DNA of 64,000 nucleotides, taken from the NCBI GenBank assembly GCA_963844785.1, contig CAWJPV010000004.1:191534-255533 (forward strand), written 5' to 3'. Within the stretch, counting starts at the first letter, position 1. Each line of letters begins with the position of its first letter. Shown piece by piece: positions 19,699-28,169 of the stretch. The notes below the pieces were generated by a model. It was not told the DNA's origin. It saw only the letters and a list, made by a program, of their open reading frames with translations, and did not search any database. This DNA comes from an uncultured Acidobacteriaceae bacterium. GTDB lineage: Bacteria > Acidobacteriota > Terriglobia > Terriglobales > Acidobacteriaceae. Both the position numbers and the translations under genes were made by a program.

Positions 19699-20460
19699 AT
19701 GACCTATTGTCTGGGCATCATGACTCGTGAAGGATTGGTTATGGCGTCCGATTCCCGAGCCAACGCCGGCTACGACCAGGTGAACGTCTGCCAGAAGATG
19801 CACACCTTTCTCCAGCCCGGAGAACGTGCTTTCGTCATTCTGACCAGCGGAAACCTGTCTCTCACCCAGTCGGTGATCACCCTTTTGCGCAACGATTTCG
19901 AGTCTGGGGAGGGCTTGGCGAAGGCCGAATCCATGTATGAGGCTGCCCGAATCGTCGGCGACTGCGTTCGCCGGGTCTCGGACATGGATCGCGCCGCGCT
20001 TGAGAAGGACGACTTTAAGTTCAACATTCATCTGCTGTTAGGCGGCCAGGTCAAAGGAGAGAAGCCGAACCTCTTCCTCATCTATCCCCAGGGAAACCCG
20101 CTGAGCGCGACCGAGGATTCGCCCTATCTGCAAATTGGCGAAGTGAAGTATGGGCGCCCGATCCTCGATCGTGGCATCGAGTTCCGTTCCACCAGCCTGG
20201 AGGTTGCGGGCACCTACGCCCTGCTATCGCTCGACGCCGCGATGCGCTCGAACGTCACCGTGGGGCCACCCCTGGAGGTCCTGCTCTATCAGAACGACAA
20301 GCTGGAATTCGACCGCTACCGGCGTTTCAAGGCCGATGACCCGGAACTGGACCTGATGCACGCCTGCTGGGAGCAAACCCTGCGTCGGGCGGTGGAGGAA
20401 CTTCCCACCCTGCAGTTCGACCCCCTGAAGTCAAACTCTTCCGAGCGGGCTCCTGCTTGA
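19699..20460 (+). CDS. Proteasome-type peptidase, Anbu (ancestral beta-subunit) family
   Basis: Starts MTYCLGIMTREGLVMASDSRANAG (Thr2 nucleophile position, Ntn-hydrolase pattern). GGAG upstream. Genomic association with ATP-grasp/alpha-E/transglutaminase genes. Confidence 0.85.
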   Translation: MTYCLGIMTREGLVMASDSRANAGYDQVNVCQKMHTFLQPGERAFVILTSGNLSLTQSVITLLRNDFESGEGLAKAESMYEAARIVGDCVRRVSDMDRAALEKDDFKFNIHLLLGGQVKGEKPNLFLIYPQGNPLSATEDSPYLQIGEVKYGRPILDRGIEFRSTSLEVAGTYALLSLDAAMRSNVTVGPPLEVLLYQNDKLEFDRYRRFKADDPELDLMHACWEQTLRRAVEELPTLQFDPLKSNSSERAPA

Positions 20461-20557
20461 ATTGGTGGGAGCCCCGCATTTATGCGGGGGAGGAGCACTT
20501 TAGCGCTCTGTGAAGGCCTGATCACGCGCTTCAGCCCTGGCAATCGACATCGCGAAC

Positions 20558-20871
20558 CAGTCCCGCAGGGACGGCTGAGAGTCAGACTTGTCCAAATTAG
20601 CTTTTCTGATCGGCTGATTCGGATAGCAGTAGTTAAAAACAAATCAGCGGTCGGTCGAATCCTCGATCAGTCCCGTAGGGACGGCTGAGAATAGCCCAGG
20701 ACGTAGTCCTGGGTTGCCATTCCCAACGAAGATCAGTCCCGCCAGGGACGGCTGAAAATGCCCCAGGATGCAATCCTGGGGTAACCCTACCTCTAAAAAT
20801 GGTCATTGCGATTAGGGGCTGCCAACCCAGGACCATGTCGTGGACTACTCTCAGTCCTTCCTGCGGGACTG
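20558..20871. repeat. Cluster of four family-A REP units (20558-20587 truncated, 20668-20716, 20734-20782, 20825-20871 inverted)
   Basis: Each unit carries CAGTCCCG(C/T)AGGGACGGCTGA(G/A)A followed by a CCCAGGA-N-TCCTGGG hairpin. The last unit is the reverse complement. Confidence 0.85.
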
Positions 20872-20898
20872 CTCGTTGGCCCTTGCTAACTGTGCCAG

Positions 20899-20994
20899 CC
20901 CCGGACTACCTCGCCGCAGCGAGCATTAGTCCGGGGAAGCGGGTTTTCAAACCCGCGAGAACGCTCTGATCTTAGATTCAGGGCTTTAGCCCTG
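20899..20994. repeat. Three consecutive hairpins (CCCCGGACTA..TAGTCCGGGG; GCGGGTTTTCAAACCCGC; CAGGGCTTTAGCCCTG), family-C related
   Basis: The inner loop ACCTCGCCGCAGCGAGC is identical to the loop of the repeat at 22580-22597. The GGGCTTTAGCCC motif is shared with 22.6, 47.3 and 50.1 kb. Confidence 0.75.
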
Positions 20995-20998
20995 GTGG

Positions 20999-22549
20999 CT
21001 AAAGAATGTAACGCGACAAATCCTGGTCTTTGACGATCGAGGCCACCATGGCCCGAACGTACTCCGGATCGATCAGCACCACCCGCTCCCGGCCGTCCGG
21101 CGTCTCCACGTCGCTTACCGGCAGAGGCACCGTTGCGCCGTTTTCCGCCGCTGAAGCTGCGATCTCGATCAGTGGACCTTCCGCGGAATGGCCCTTCATG
21201 ATGTCCGGCGCCATAAAGCTGATCTCATCCAGCACCCGCTCCATGATGGTGTGTAGCCGGCGCGCACCGATGTTTTCCGTCGTCTCGTTCACCCGGAAAG
21301 CGAACCGCGCCATCTCTTCCAACGACTCCTTGGTAAACCTGAGTTTCAGGCCCTCGGTTTCGAGCAGCGCGGTGTACTGCTTGGTCAGCGACGACTTGGG
21401 CTCGGTAAGGATGCGGACAAAGTCTTCCACCGTAAGCGACTGCAATTCCACGCGGATAGGGAAGCGGCCCTGTAGCTCGGGAATCAGATCGCTCGGCTTG
21501 GAAACGTGAAACGCGCCCGCTGCAATAAAAAGGATGTGATCCGTCCGCACCATGCCATACCGGGTATTCACGGTGGTCCCTTCGACGATGGGGAGAATGT
21601 CTCTCTGCACTCCCTCCCGCGATACATCCGGACCGTGACCGCCCTCCCGGCCGGCGATCTTGTCGATCTCATCCAGGAAGATGATGCCCGAGTTCTCCAC
21701 TCGCTCGACTGCCAGGCGCGTTACCTGGTCCATATCAACCAGACGCGTCTCTTCCTCCTGCACCAGGTACTCGAAAGCCTCTCCGACCTTCATCTTGCGC
21801 TTCTTGGTGCGCTGGCCGAAGAGGTTGGGCAGCACGTCCTTGAGATTGATATCCATCTCCTCGACGCCCTGGTTGGAGATGATCTCAAACGACGGTGTAC
21901 TGCGTTCGCGCACATCGATCTCGACCGTCCGGTCATCCAGCTTGCTTTCCCGGAACTGTTGCCGCAGCTTCTCCCGGGTGCGGTTGTGGCTTTCCTGGCT
22001 TGCCGGGGGAAAGTTAGTGCCATCAATGACCACCGGACCCGGGGCGGAATGGGTACTAGCACCACCCGGCGTGCTCGCGGCAGCTGGCGAAGGGGGCAGC
22101 AGAAGGTCCAGCAACCGCTCTTCGGCGTTGAGTTCGGCCCTATCCTCCACCTCTTCCAGCTTTTCCTCACGCACCATGTCCACGGCGATTTCCACCAGGT
22201 CGCGGATCATCGATTCCACGTCACGCCCGACGTAACCGACCTCGGTGAATTTGGAGGCTTCGACCTTCATGAAGGGCGAATTGGTGAGCTTGGCCAGGCG
22301 GCGCGCAATCTCCGTCTTGCCCACGCCGGTGGGCCCGATCATGATGATGTTCTTGGGCATGATCTCTTCGGCGATATCGGGCGGCAGCTTCTGCCGGCGC
22401 ATGCGGTTTCTTAGCGCAATAGCCACGGCCCGCTTGGCGGCGCGTTGGCCGACGACATGCTTGTCCAGTTCCGCCACAATCTCCCGTGGGGTGAGGTCTT
22501 CCAGCGAGAGTTCCAGCTCTTCCGCGGTTCCCGGTAAAAAGATAGCCAT
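20999..22549 (-). CDS. hslU: ATP-dependent protease ATPase subunit HslU
   Basis: 516-aa [20 protein letters not shown], Walker [16 protein letters not shown], long I-domain. SD AAGGAG. Confidence 0.95.
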   Translation of the reverse strand: MAIFLPGTAEELELSLEDLTPREIVAELDKHVVGQRAAKRAVAIALRNRMRRQKLPPDIAEEIMPKNIIMIGPTGVGKTEIARRLAKLTNSPFMKVEASKFTEVGYVGRDVESMIRDLVEIAVDMVREEKLEEVEDRAELNAEERLLDLLLPPSPAAASTPGGASTHSAPGPVVIDGTNFPPASQESHNRTREKLRQQFRESKLDDRTVEIDVRERSTPSFEIISNQGVEEMDINLKDVLPNLFGQRTKKRKMKVGEAFEYLVQEEETRLVDMDQVTRLAVERVENSGIIFLDEIDKIAGREGGHGPDVSREGVQRDILPIVEGTTVNTRYGMVRTDHILFIAAGAFHVSKPSDLIPELQGRFPIRVELQSLTVEDFVRILTEPKSSLTKQYTALLETEGLKLRFTKESLEEMARFAFRVNETTENIGARRLHTIMERVLDEISFMAPDIMKGHSAEGPLIEIAASAAENGATVPLPVSDVETPDGRERVVLIDPEYVRAMVASIVKDQDLSRYIL

Positions 22550-22564
22550 ATGCCTGCTCCTTCT

Positions 22565-22650
22565 AGTGAAGGGTACGGGTTACCTCGCCGCAGCGAGCTT
22601 TGACCCGTACATGAACCCTCCAAATTAATCTGGGCTTTAGCCCCTGAGGG
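22565..22650. repeat. Family-C REP units in the hslV-hslU spacer
   Basis: GTGAAGGGTACGGGT[TACCTCGCCGCAGCGAGCTTTG]ACCCGTAC plus TGGGCTTTAGCCCCTGAGGG. Confidence 0.8.
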
Positions 22651-22653
22651 ATG

Positions 22654-23276
22654 CTAGCCGTGCAGTTCTTCAATCGTGATTTGATCGTTGGTGTAGATAC
22701 AGATCTGGCCCGCGATCCGCAAAGACTTCTCCGCGATGGCGCGCGCCGGCAAGTCGGAATTCTCCACCAGGGCCCGGGCCGCTGCCAGGGCGAAACTGCC
22801 GCCGCTGCCGATGGCTGCAATCCCCTCGTCGGGCTCGATCACGTCGCCTGAGCCGCTGATGAGAAAGGTCTGTTGCAGGTCGGCAACCACCAGCAAGGCC
22901 TCCAGGTTGCGCAGCATCTTATCCGTGCGCCAGTCCTTGGCCAGTTCCACGGCCGAGCGCCCCAAGTTGCCGGCATACTGTTCCAGCTTGGCCTCGAAGC
23001 GGCTAAAGAGCGAGAATGCATCCGCTGTCGAGCCGGCAAATCCAGCCAGGATTTTATCCTGGTACAGCCTCCGGATTTTGCGCGCGGTATGTTTGATCAC
23101 GCTATCCCCAGGGTGACCTGGCCATCGGCGGCCATGACCACGCTGGAGTTGCGGCGGACGCACAAAACGGTGGTTGAGCGAATGCGCCGGGCTTCGGAGC
23201 GAGAATTTGCGGGAGTATCGGCTCTCGAATCGGCGATCGCCGTCGAGCTTCGGACAGCAGACGAACGAATGGACAT
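22654..23276 (-). pseudogene. hslV: hslV (ATP-dependent protease peptidase subunit) interrupted by a 1-nt frameshift in a G4 run, or a homopolymer sequencing error
   Basis: Frame 1 (ATG 23276 to TGA 23097) encodes ...[27 protein letters not shown] then IA-stop. Frame 2 (listed ORF 22654..23163) continues [31 protein letters not shown]... to the end of HslV. One extra G in GGGG (fwd CCCC 23106-23109) restores a colinear HslV. Confidence 0.8.
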
Positions 23277-23420
23277 CTCTGCCCAGTATAGCGCAGCCCT
23301 CCTGGCGCCATCTGAGCGGAAGTAATGTTGCCGAATGCGGTCCAGCCCCTCATCGCATCTCCCAGGAGTCGCTGCCCTGGGTTATTCTGCATCGTGTACC
23401 CCTTTTGAGCTGGAGCTTTC

Positions 23421-23894
23421 ATGAATAGCTTCCCGTTGCGCGATTCCCAGCTCTTCGGCACCTTTGCCGCGGTTGGAGTCTGCCTGGGGGGAGTGGCCGC
23501 GTATGCGCTTCTTCGCCGCCGCCCCAGCCCAGATGAGGAAGAGCGCAAGCGCAGGGATCTGCTGGTCCAGCAGGGACGCATCATTGACGCCACCGTTATC
23601 GACATCTCCGACCTTACTGCCGAAGAGAGCGGCCGGCCCAACGGGCTGCAGCTGATTCTTTACAAATATGAAGCTGCGGGGGTGGTCTACGAGTGCTCCC
23701 AGGACGTGACCATGCTCCGGCACATTGTTAATATCTATGACTGCCGCTTGGGCTTTCCCGCATCCGTGCGCTACGATCCCCACAACCCCGGCAACTCGCT
23801 GATTGTGGCTGAAGGCTGGAGCGGATTGCGCGATACGGCCAATTCCGTCCCCATTCACGGCCGCCCCAAGGCCGCCGCGCGTTCCATACGATAG
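23421..23894 (+). CDS. Single-pass membrane protein, DUF3592-like (from memory)
   Basis: ATG with GGAG 7 nt upstream. One N-terminal TM (LFGTFAAVGVCLGGVAAYALL), then a beta-rich domain ending ...VRYDPHNPGNSLI. Confidence 0.6.
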   Translation: MNSFPLRDSQLFGTFAAVGVCLGGVAAYALLRRRPSPDEEERKRRDLLVQQGRIIDATVIDISDLTAEESGRPNGLQLILYKYEAAGVVYECSQDVTMLRHIVNIYDCRLGFPASVRYDPHNPGNSLIVAEGWSGLRDTANSVPIHGRPKAAARSIR

Positions 23895-23933
23895 CTTCCC
23901 GGTCTATGGCGCTTCCCGGTACACTAGATAGGT

Positions 23934-24890
23934 ATGCACGTTCATGGCGGGGCGTCGGAGAAGACGCAACGAATTTTGCGCATATCGCTACTGGCCACGC
24001 TGGGCTATGTGGTCCTTACCTTCGTAGCCGGTGTGCATGCTCATTCGCTCGCTCTGATCTCTGAGGCCGGCCACAACGTATCCGACTTTCTGGCCTTGTT
24101 GTTATCCTTCGTCGCCGTCTACTTTCAAACTCGGCCGCCTACCGACCAAAAGACCTTCGGCTACCAACGAGCCGGCGTTCTGGCAGCCTTTCTCAACGCG
24201 CTGACCCTGGTTTTGATCGCGGTCTGGATCGCCATTGCGGCCATCCATCGGCTGAGCGAGCCGGTGCAAGTGCAACCCCGGCTGATGATGATCGTCGCCG
24301 CGGCCGGCGTGCTGATGAACGGCGTAATCGCCGCCCTGCTTTGGACCACCTCGCGTGATGTCAACATCCGCAGCACCTTCATACACATGCTGGGCGACAC
24401 GCTCTCGACTGCCGCGGTCATTGTCGGGGGCGCTGCCATCCTCTTCACCGGACATAACTGGATCGATCCAGTCCTCTCCATCGTGATTGCGGCGCTGATT
24501 TTATGGAGTTCGATATCCATCGTGCGCGAGACGCTCAACATCCTCCTCGAAGGGACTCCCCGCGGTTGCTCCTTGGCTGAGATCCGGGTTTCGCTTCAGG
24601 CCATCGATGGGGTAGAAGACGTGCACGACCTGCACGTATGGAGTCTCGGATCGCAGACCCATGCCTGTGCCACCCACATCATCATCGCCGACATCCCGCC
24701 CTCGGAGAGTGGGCGCATACTGGAACAGGTGAACGGGGTCCTTCGCCAAAAATTCCGTATCTACCACTCCACGATTCAATTCGAATGTGTCGATTGCGAA
24801 GTCGCGCATGGTTGCTCACCGCCCGCTGAGATCGACGAGCACGACCACTCTGGTCACAGCCACTCCCACGCTCATTCCCACTCCCACTAG
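23934..24890 (+). CDS. Cation diffusion facilitator (CzcD/ZitB-type) metal efflux transporter
   Basis: 318-aa ORF with six TMs. HSLALISEAGHNVSD and FIHMLGDTLST motifs. His-rich tail HDHSGHSHSHAHSHSH. Confidence 0.9.
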   Translation: MHVHGGASEKTQRILRISLLATLGYVVLTFVAGVHAHSLALISEAGHNVSDFLALLLSFVAVYFQTRPPTDQKTFGYQRAGVLAAFLNALTLVLIAVWIAIAAIHRLSEPVQVQPRLMMIVAAAGVLMNGVIAALLWTTSRDVNIRSTFIHMLGDTLSTAAVIVGGAAILFTGHNWIDPVLSIVIAALILWSSISIVRETLNILLEGTPRGCSLAEIRVSLQAIDGVEDVHDLHVWSLGSQTHACATHIIIADIPPSESGRILEQVNGVLRQKFRIYHSTIQFECVDCEVAHGCSPPAEIDEHDHSGHSHSHAHSHSH

Positions 24891-24915
24891 AAGCTACAAA
24901 CCAAGCCAAAACCCC

Positions 24916-24960
24916 GGGACGGGTGCCCCAGGTTCGCCAAAGCGTACCTGGGCCGAAAAC
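24916..24960 (+). repeat. REP-like repeat family B
   Basis: GGGACGGGTGCCCCAGGTTCGCCAAAGCGTACCTGGGCCGAAAAC. Confidence 0.85.
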
Positions 24961-25025
24961 GATATGTTTCGATTGCTTTCAGCTGATTGACTAGCAAAAG
25001 GCTGTCGTGGGCTTCGCCCGTCTTA

Positions 25026-25064
25026 TTCGGCCCAGGTACGCTTTGGCGAGGGGCACCCGTCCAG
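25026..25064 (-). repeat. REP-like repeat family B (inverted copy)
   Basis: The reverse complement reads CTGGACGGGTGCCCCTCGCCAAAGCGTACCTGGGCCGAA. Forms an inverted pair with 24916-24960 between convergent genes. Confidence 0.85.
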
Positions 25065-25079
25065 TTCCTAATGGTTCTG

Positions 25080-26900
25080 TTAGGAGACCGACTCGGAGGA
25101 TTCTGCCCGGGGTTTGTCTGGCTGGGACTCATAGATTTCGGCCACCCGCTCCAGGGTGTCGATCTCGCTTACCGGCTTGTCGTCGCGAATGCGCAGAATG
25201 CGCGGGAAGCGCAAGGCGAAACCGCTGTCATGCCGATCCGACCGCATTACGTTGTTAAATGCGACCTCCAAAACCACCAGCGGTTCAACCGTGCGGATGC
25301 CCCCGAAATCCTCCAGCGTGTGCTCCAGAAAGAACTGGGTTAGCCGGGCAATCTCCGCGTCGGTCACGCCGGAGTAGGCCTTGCCGACGTTGCGCAGCAC
25401 CTCGCCATCGCGAACTGCAAAGGTATAGTCGCTCAGCCATCCGGCCCGCTTTCCATGGCCATACTCTGCCGCCGTCACCACCACATCGAGGGTGGCCAGC
25501 TCGCGCTTCAACTTAAGCCACGCCAGACCCCGCCTTCCCGGCTGGTAGGTGCTATGCCGGGCCTTCAGCATCACTCCTTCATTGCCGCGAGCCCGCGCAT
25601 CCACATAAGCCTGCTCCAGTTGCGCCACGCTTTCCAGTTGGACTGCGGGCGCGAGCATTAGCCGGGCGAAGCTGTCTTCCGGCGCTGCGGGCTCGAATAA
25701 CAGCTCCGTTTGCTGCCCGCGGCTGGCCAGGCGACTGCTTACCCTGGTTCTGGGCTGCTCTCGCTCCACCACCTCTTCGAGCGCCCGCCGGCGTTGGTCC
25801 AAAGGCTTGTCCATCCAAGGTTCGCCGGAGGCATAAAGCAGATCAAAAGCCATAAACACCACCGGAGTAGCCTCGCGCATCTCCGCCGTGACCCGCTTGC
25901 GCCCCAGCCTTCCTTGCAGAGAAGCAAATGGCAGCGCGCGATCGCGGCTCCAGGCAAGGATCTCGCCATCCAGCACCAGCGGTTCTGCAAAGCCAGCAAA
26001 AGCCTCAACAAGCTCCGGAAAACTGGCAGTCATATCCTCCCGTGAGCGCGAATAAAGAGCCACTCGACCAGGATGGTCGGGTGAGCCACAGTGAACCTGT
26101 GCCCGGACACCATCGTACTTATCTTCCATCTGGGCCTCTTTGATGACCGGCCCATCCGGGTGCACCTCGCCAGATTTGGCCTCTTCCGCCACCTCAGTAG
26201 TAAAGCGCTGCAGGGCCTCCTCGACCGTCTCGACCGGGCTGGCCAGCATGAAGCCGAGAGGATGAAAGAGCTTCATCCGCGCCTCGGACACGCGGCCGGT
26301 GGCCGCCAGCTCCAGTACCTCGGGGAGATTGCCGTTCAGCATCCTGGCCCGTCGCACTTCGCCGATGGGAGCGCTGTAAGCTGCGGCGATCGCCTCTTCG
26401 ACCAGGCTGACCTGGATGCCGGTACGCATATCGCCCAGAATGATCTTGATCAGGTACTTGGCCTCGAGCGGCGTGGCCATCTTGAGCAGCTCCAGGGCGA
26501 TCTGCTGCTTCCTGGCCGGCTTTGCGGCATCGGCGATGGCGGCAAAGGCCTCAGCCACTTCGGGCAACGAAAGGGTCGAGCCCACGGCTCCCCGCCCCTG
26601 CAGAAGGTCTTGCGCCGCGCCGCCCAGGTCGCCATGGCGCAGGTACGCGGCATGCATAGCGGGCTCGCCCGCCCCGGAGAGCTGGGCCAGGACGCGGCTC
26701 AGTGCCGACCCGCCCACCTTTAATTCGCGCCCATCCGTCTCCGGGAAAGGCACACCGGCAAGGTACAGCGCCGCCAGCCCGGCCTCCGGCACGGGCAGTG
26801 GACGCAGGTACTCGGCCATGAGCGCCCGCTTCTCCAGCTTGCTCCCGGTTTCGGCCAGACGCTGGCACAGCTCAGCGAATTGGGTAAATAGGGCATGCAT
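25080..26900 (-). CDS. ATP-dependent DNA ligase (DNA-binding, adenylation and OB domains)
   Basis: In-frame ATG at 26900 (MHALFTQFAEL...). Motif I EDKYDGVRAQVH. About 606 aa. Confidence 0.9.
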   Translation of the reverse strand: MHALFTQFAELCQRLAETGSKLEKRALMAEYLRPLPVPEAGLAALYLAGVPFPETDGRELKVGGSALSRVLAQLSGAGEPAMHAAYLRHGDLGGAAQDLLQGRGAVGSTLSLPEVAEAFAAIADAAKPARKQQIALELLKMATPLEAKYLIKIILGDMRTGIQVSLVEEAIAAAYSAPIGEVRRARMLNGNLPEVLELAATGRVSEARMKLFHPLGFMLASPVETVEEALQRFTTEVAEEAKSGEVHPDGPVIKEAQMEDKYDGVRAQVHCGSPDHPGRVALYSRSREDMTASFPELVEAFAGFAEPLVLDGEILAWSRDRALPFASLQGRLGRKRVTAEMREATPVVFMAFDLLYASGEPWMDKPLDQRRRALEEVVEREQPRTRVSSRLASRGQQTELLFEPAAPEDSFARLMLAPAVQLESVAQLEQAYVDARARGNEGVMLKARHSTYQPGRRGLAWLKLKRELATLDVVVTAAEYGHGKRAGWLSDYTFAVRDGEVLRNVGKAYSGVTDAEIARLTQFFLEHTLEDFGGIRTVEPLVVLEVAFNNVMRSDRHDSGFALRFPRILRIRDDKPVSEIDTLERVAEIYESQPDKPRAESSESVS

Positions 26901-27091
26901 GCTCAGGTTCCCATTGAGATGCAGGGGCGGCCAAACCTGATAAAATAAGTCAAATGGTTCATCGCGTCGCCAATGCGGTTCCTGTCCGGCACGCTCTTTC
27001 CTAGCGGCGCTCCCCGCCGACTGCGTCTTCTTGTTTCGCCCCGAAATACAAAAGTTGACCACGCCCCAGCGGCGCGGAAAGGAACCTTGCC

Positions 27092-28168
27092 ATGTTGGAT
27101 CGCCTGGAACAGATCGAAACCCGTTATGAAGACCTTGGCCGTCAGCTAGCCGATCCGCAGCTGGTGACCGACCAGCAAAAATATCACAAGACCGCCAAAG
27201 CCCATCGCGACCTGGAAGAGATCGTGGGAAAGTATCGCGAGCTCAAGCAAGCGAACCAGGGAATTGCCGATGCCACCGGCATGTTGAGCGAGAGCGATGC
27301 TGAGCTGGCAGCCATGGCGCAGGAGGAGCTCACCCGCCTGCAGAGCCAGGCTGCAACCCTGGAAGAAGAAATCAAGGTCATGCTGCTGCCCAAGGACCCC
27401 AATGACGAGAAGAACGTCATCCTGGAGATCCGCGCCGGCACAGGTGGAGACGAAGCCTCTCTCTTCGTTGCCGAGATTTTCCGCATGTACTCACGTTTCG
27501 CCGAGCAGCATCGCTGGAAGGTAGAGATTCTTTCGCAGTCCGAATCCGGCGTGGGCGGTCTCAAGGAAGTGATCGCCATCATTGAGGGCAAGCGCGTGTA
27601 CTCGCAGATGAAATACGAAAGCGGAGTGCACCGGGTGCAGCGCGTGCCTGCCACCGAGACCCAGGGCCGGGTCCATACTTCGGCCATCACCGTGGCAGTT
27701 TTGCCCGAAGCCGAAGATGTCGACGTCAAGATCGAAGCTAAGGACATTCGCATCGACACTTTCTGCTCCTCCGGACCCGGTGGGCAATCGGTCAACACCA
27801 CTTATTCCGCGGTGCGCATCACCCACCTGCCCACCAACACGGTGGTGAGTTGCCAGGATGAGAAATCGCAGATCAAGAACCGCGAGAAAGCCATGCGCGT
27901 CTTGCGCGCGCGGCTCTATGAAGTGGAAATGGAAAAGCAGCAGGAGGCGCTGGCCAAAGAGCGCAAGCAGCAGGTGGGCAGCGGCGACCGCAGCGAGAAG
28001 ATCCGCACCTACAATTTTCCGCAGAACCGGCTCACCGACCACCGCATCGGTCTAACCAACCACCAGCTCGCGGAAGTCATGGAAGGCAGGCTCCAGCCAA
28101 CCGTCGACGCCCTGATCGCGTACTACCAGGCCGAGCGTCTCAAGGCTGAAACAGCCACTGTGGCGTAA
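27092..28168 (+). CDS. prfA: Peptide chain release factor 1
   Basis: 358-aa ORF with PAT-type tripeptide (RVPATE) and GGQ motif ([12 protein letters not shown]). Confidence 0.95.
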   Translation: MLDRLEQIETRYEDLGRQLADPQLVTDQQKYHKTAKAHRDLEEIVGKYRELKQANQGIADATGMLSESDAELAAMAQEELTRLQSQAATLEEEIKVMLLPKDPNDEKNVILEIRAGTGGDEASLFVAEIFRMYSRFAEQHRWKVEILSQSESGVGGLKEVIAIIEGKRVYSQMKYESGVHRVQRVPATETQGRVHTSAITVAVLPEAEDVDVKIEAKDIRIDTFCSSGPGGQSVNTTYSAVRITHLPTNTVVSCQDEKSQIKNREKAMRVLRARLYEVEMEKQQEALAKERKQQVGSGDRSEKIRTYNFPQNRLTDHRIGLTNHQLAEVMEGRLQPTVDALIAYYQAERLKAETATVA

Positions 28169-28169
28169 C

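Noticed and set aside
20558-20871. Possible CRISPR array, suggested by regularly recurring units of about 48 nt.
   Set aside because: Spacing is irregular (110, 66 and 91 nt). One unit is inverted and one is truncated. The same unit occurs singly at distant loci. No cas genes or leader are present.
23102-23641. 179-aa ORF on the minus strand overlapping the hslV 5' region.
   Set aside because: It is the third frame over the hslV N-terminus and its upstream region. It is Arg/Pro/Ala-rich with no motif. The hslV reading frames explain the region.
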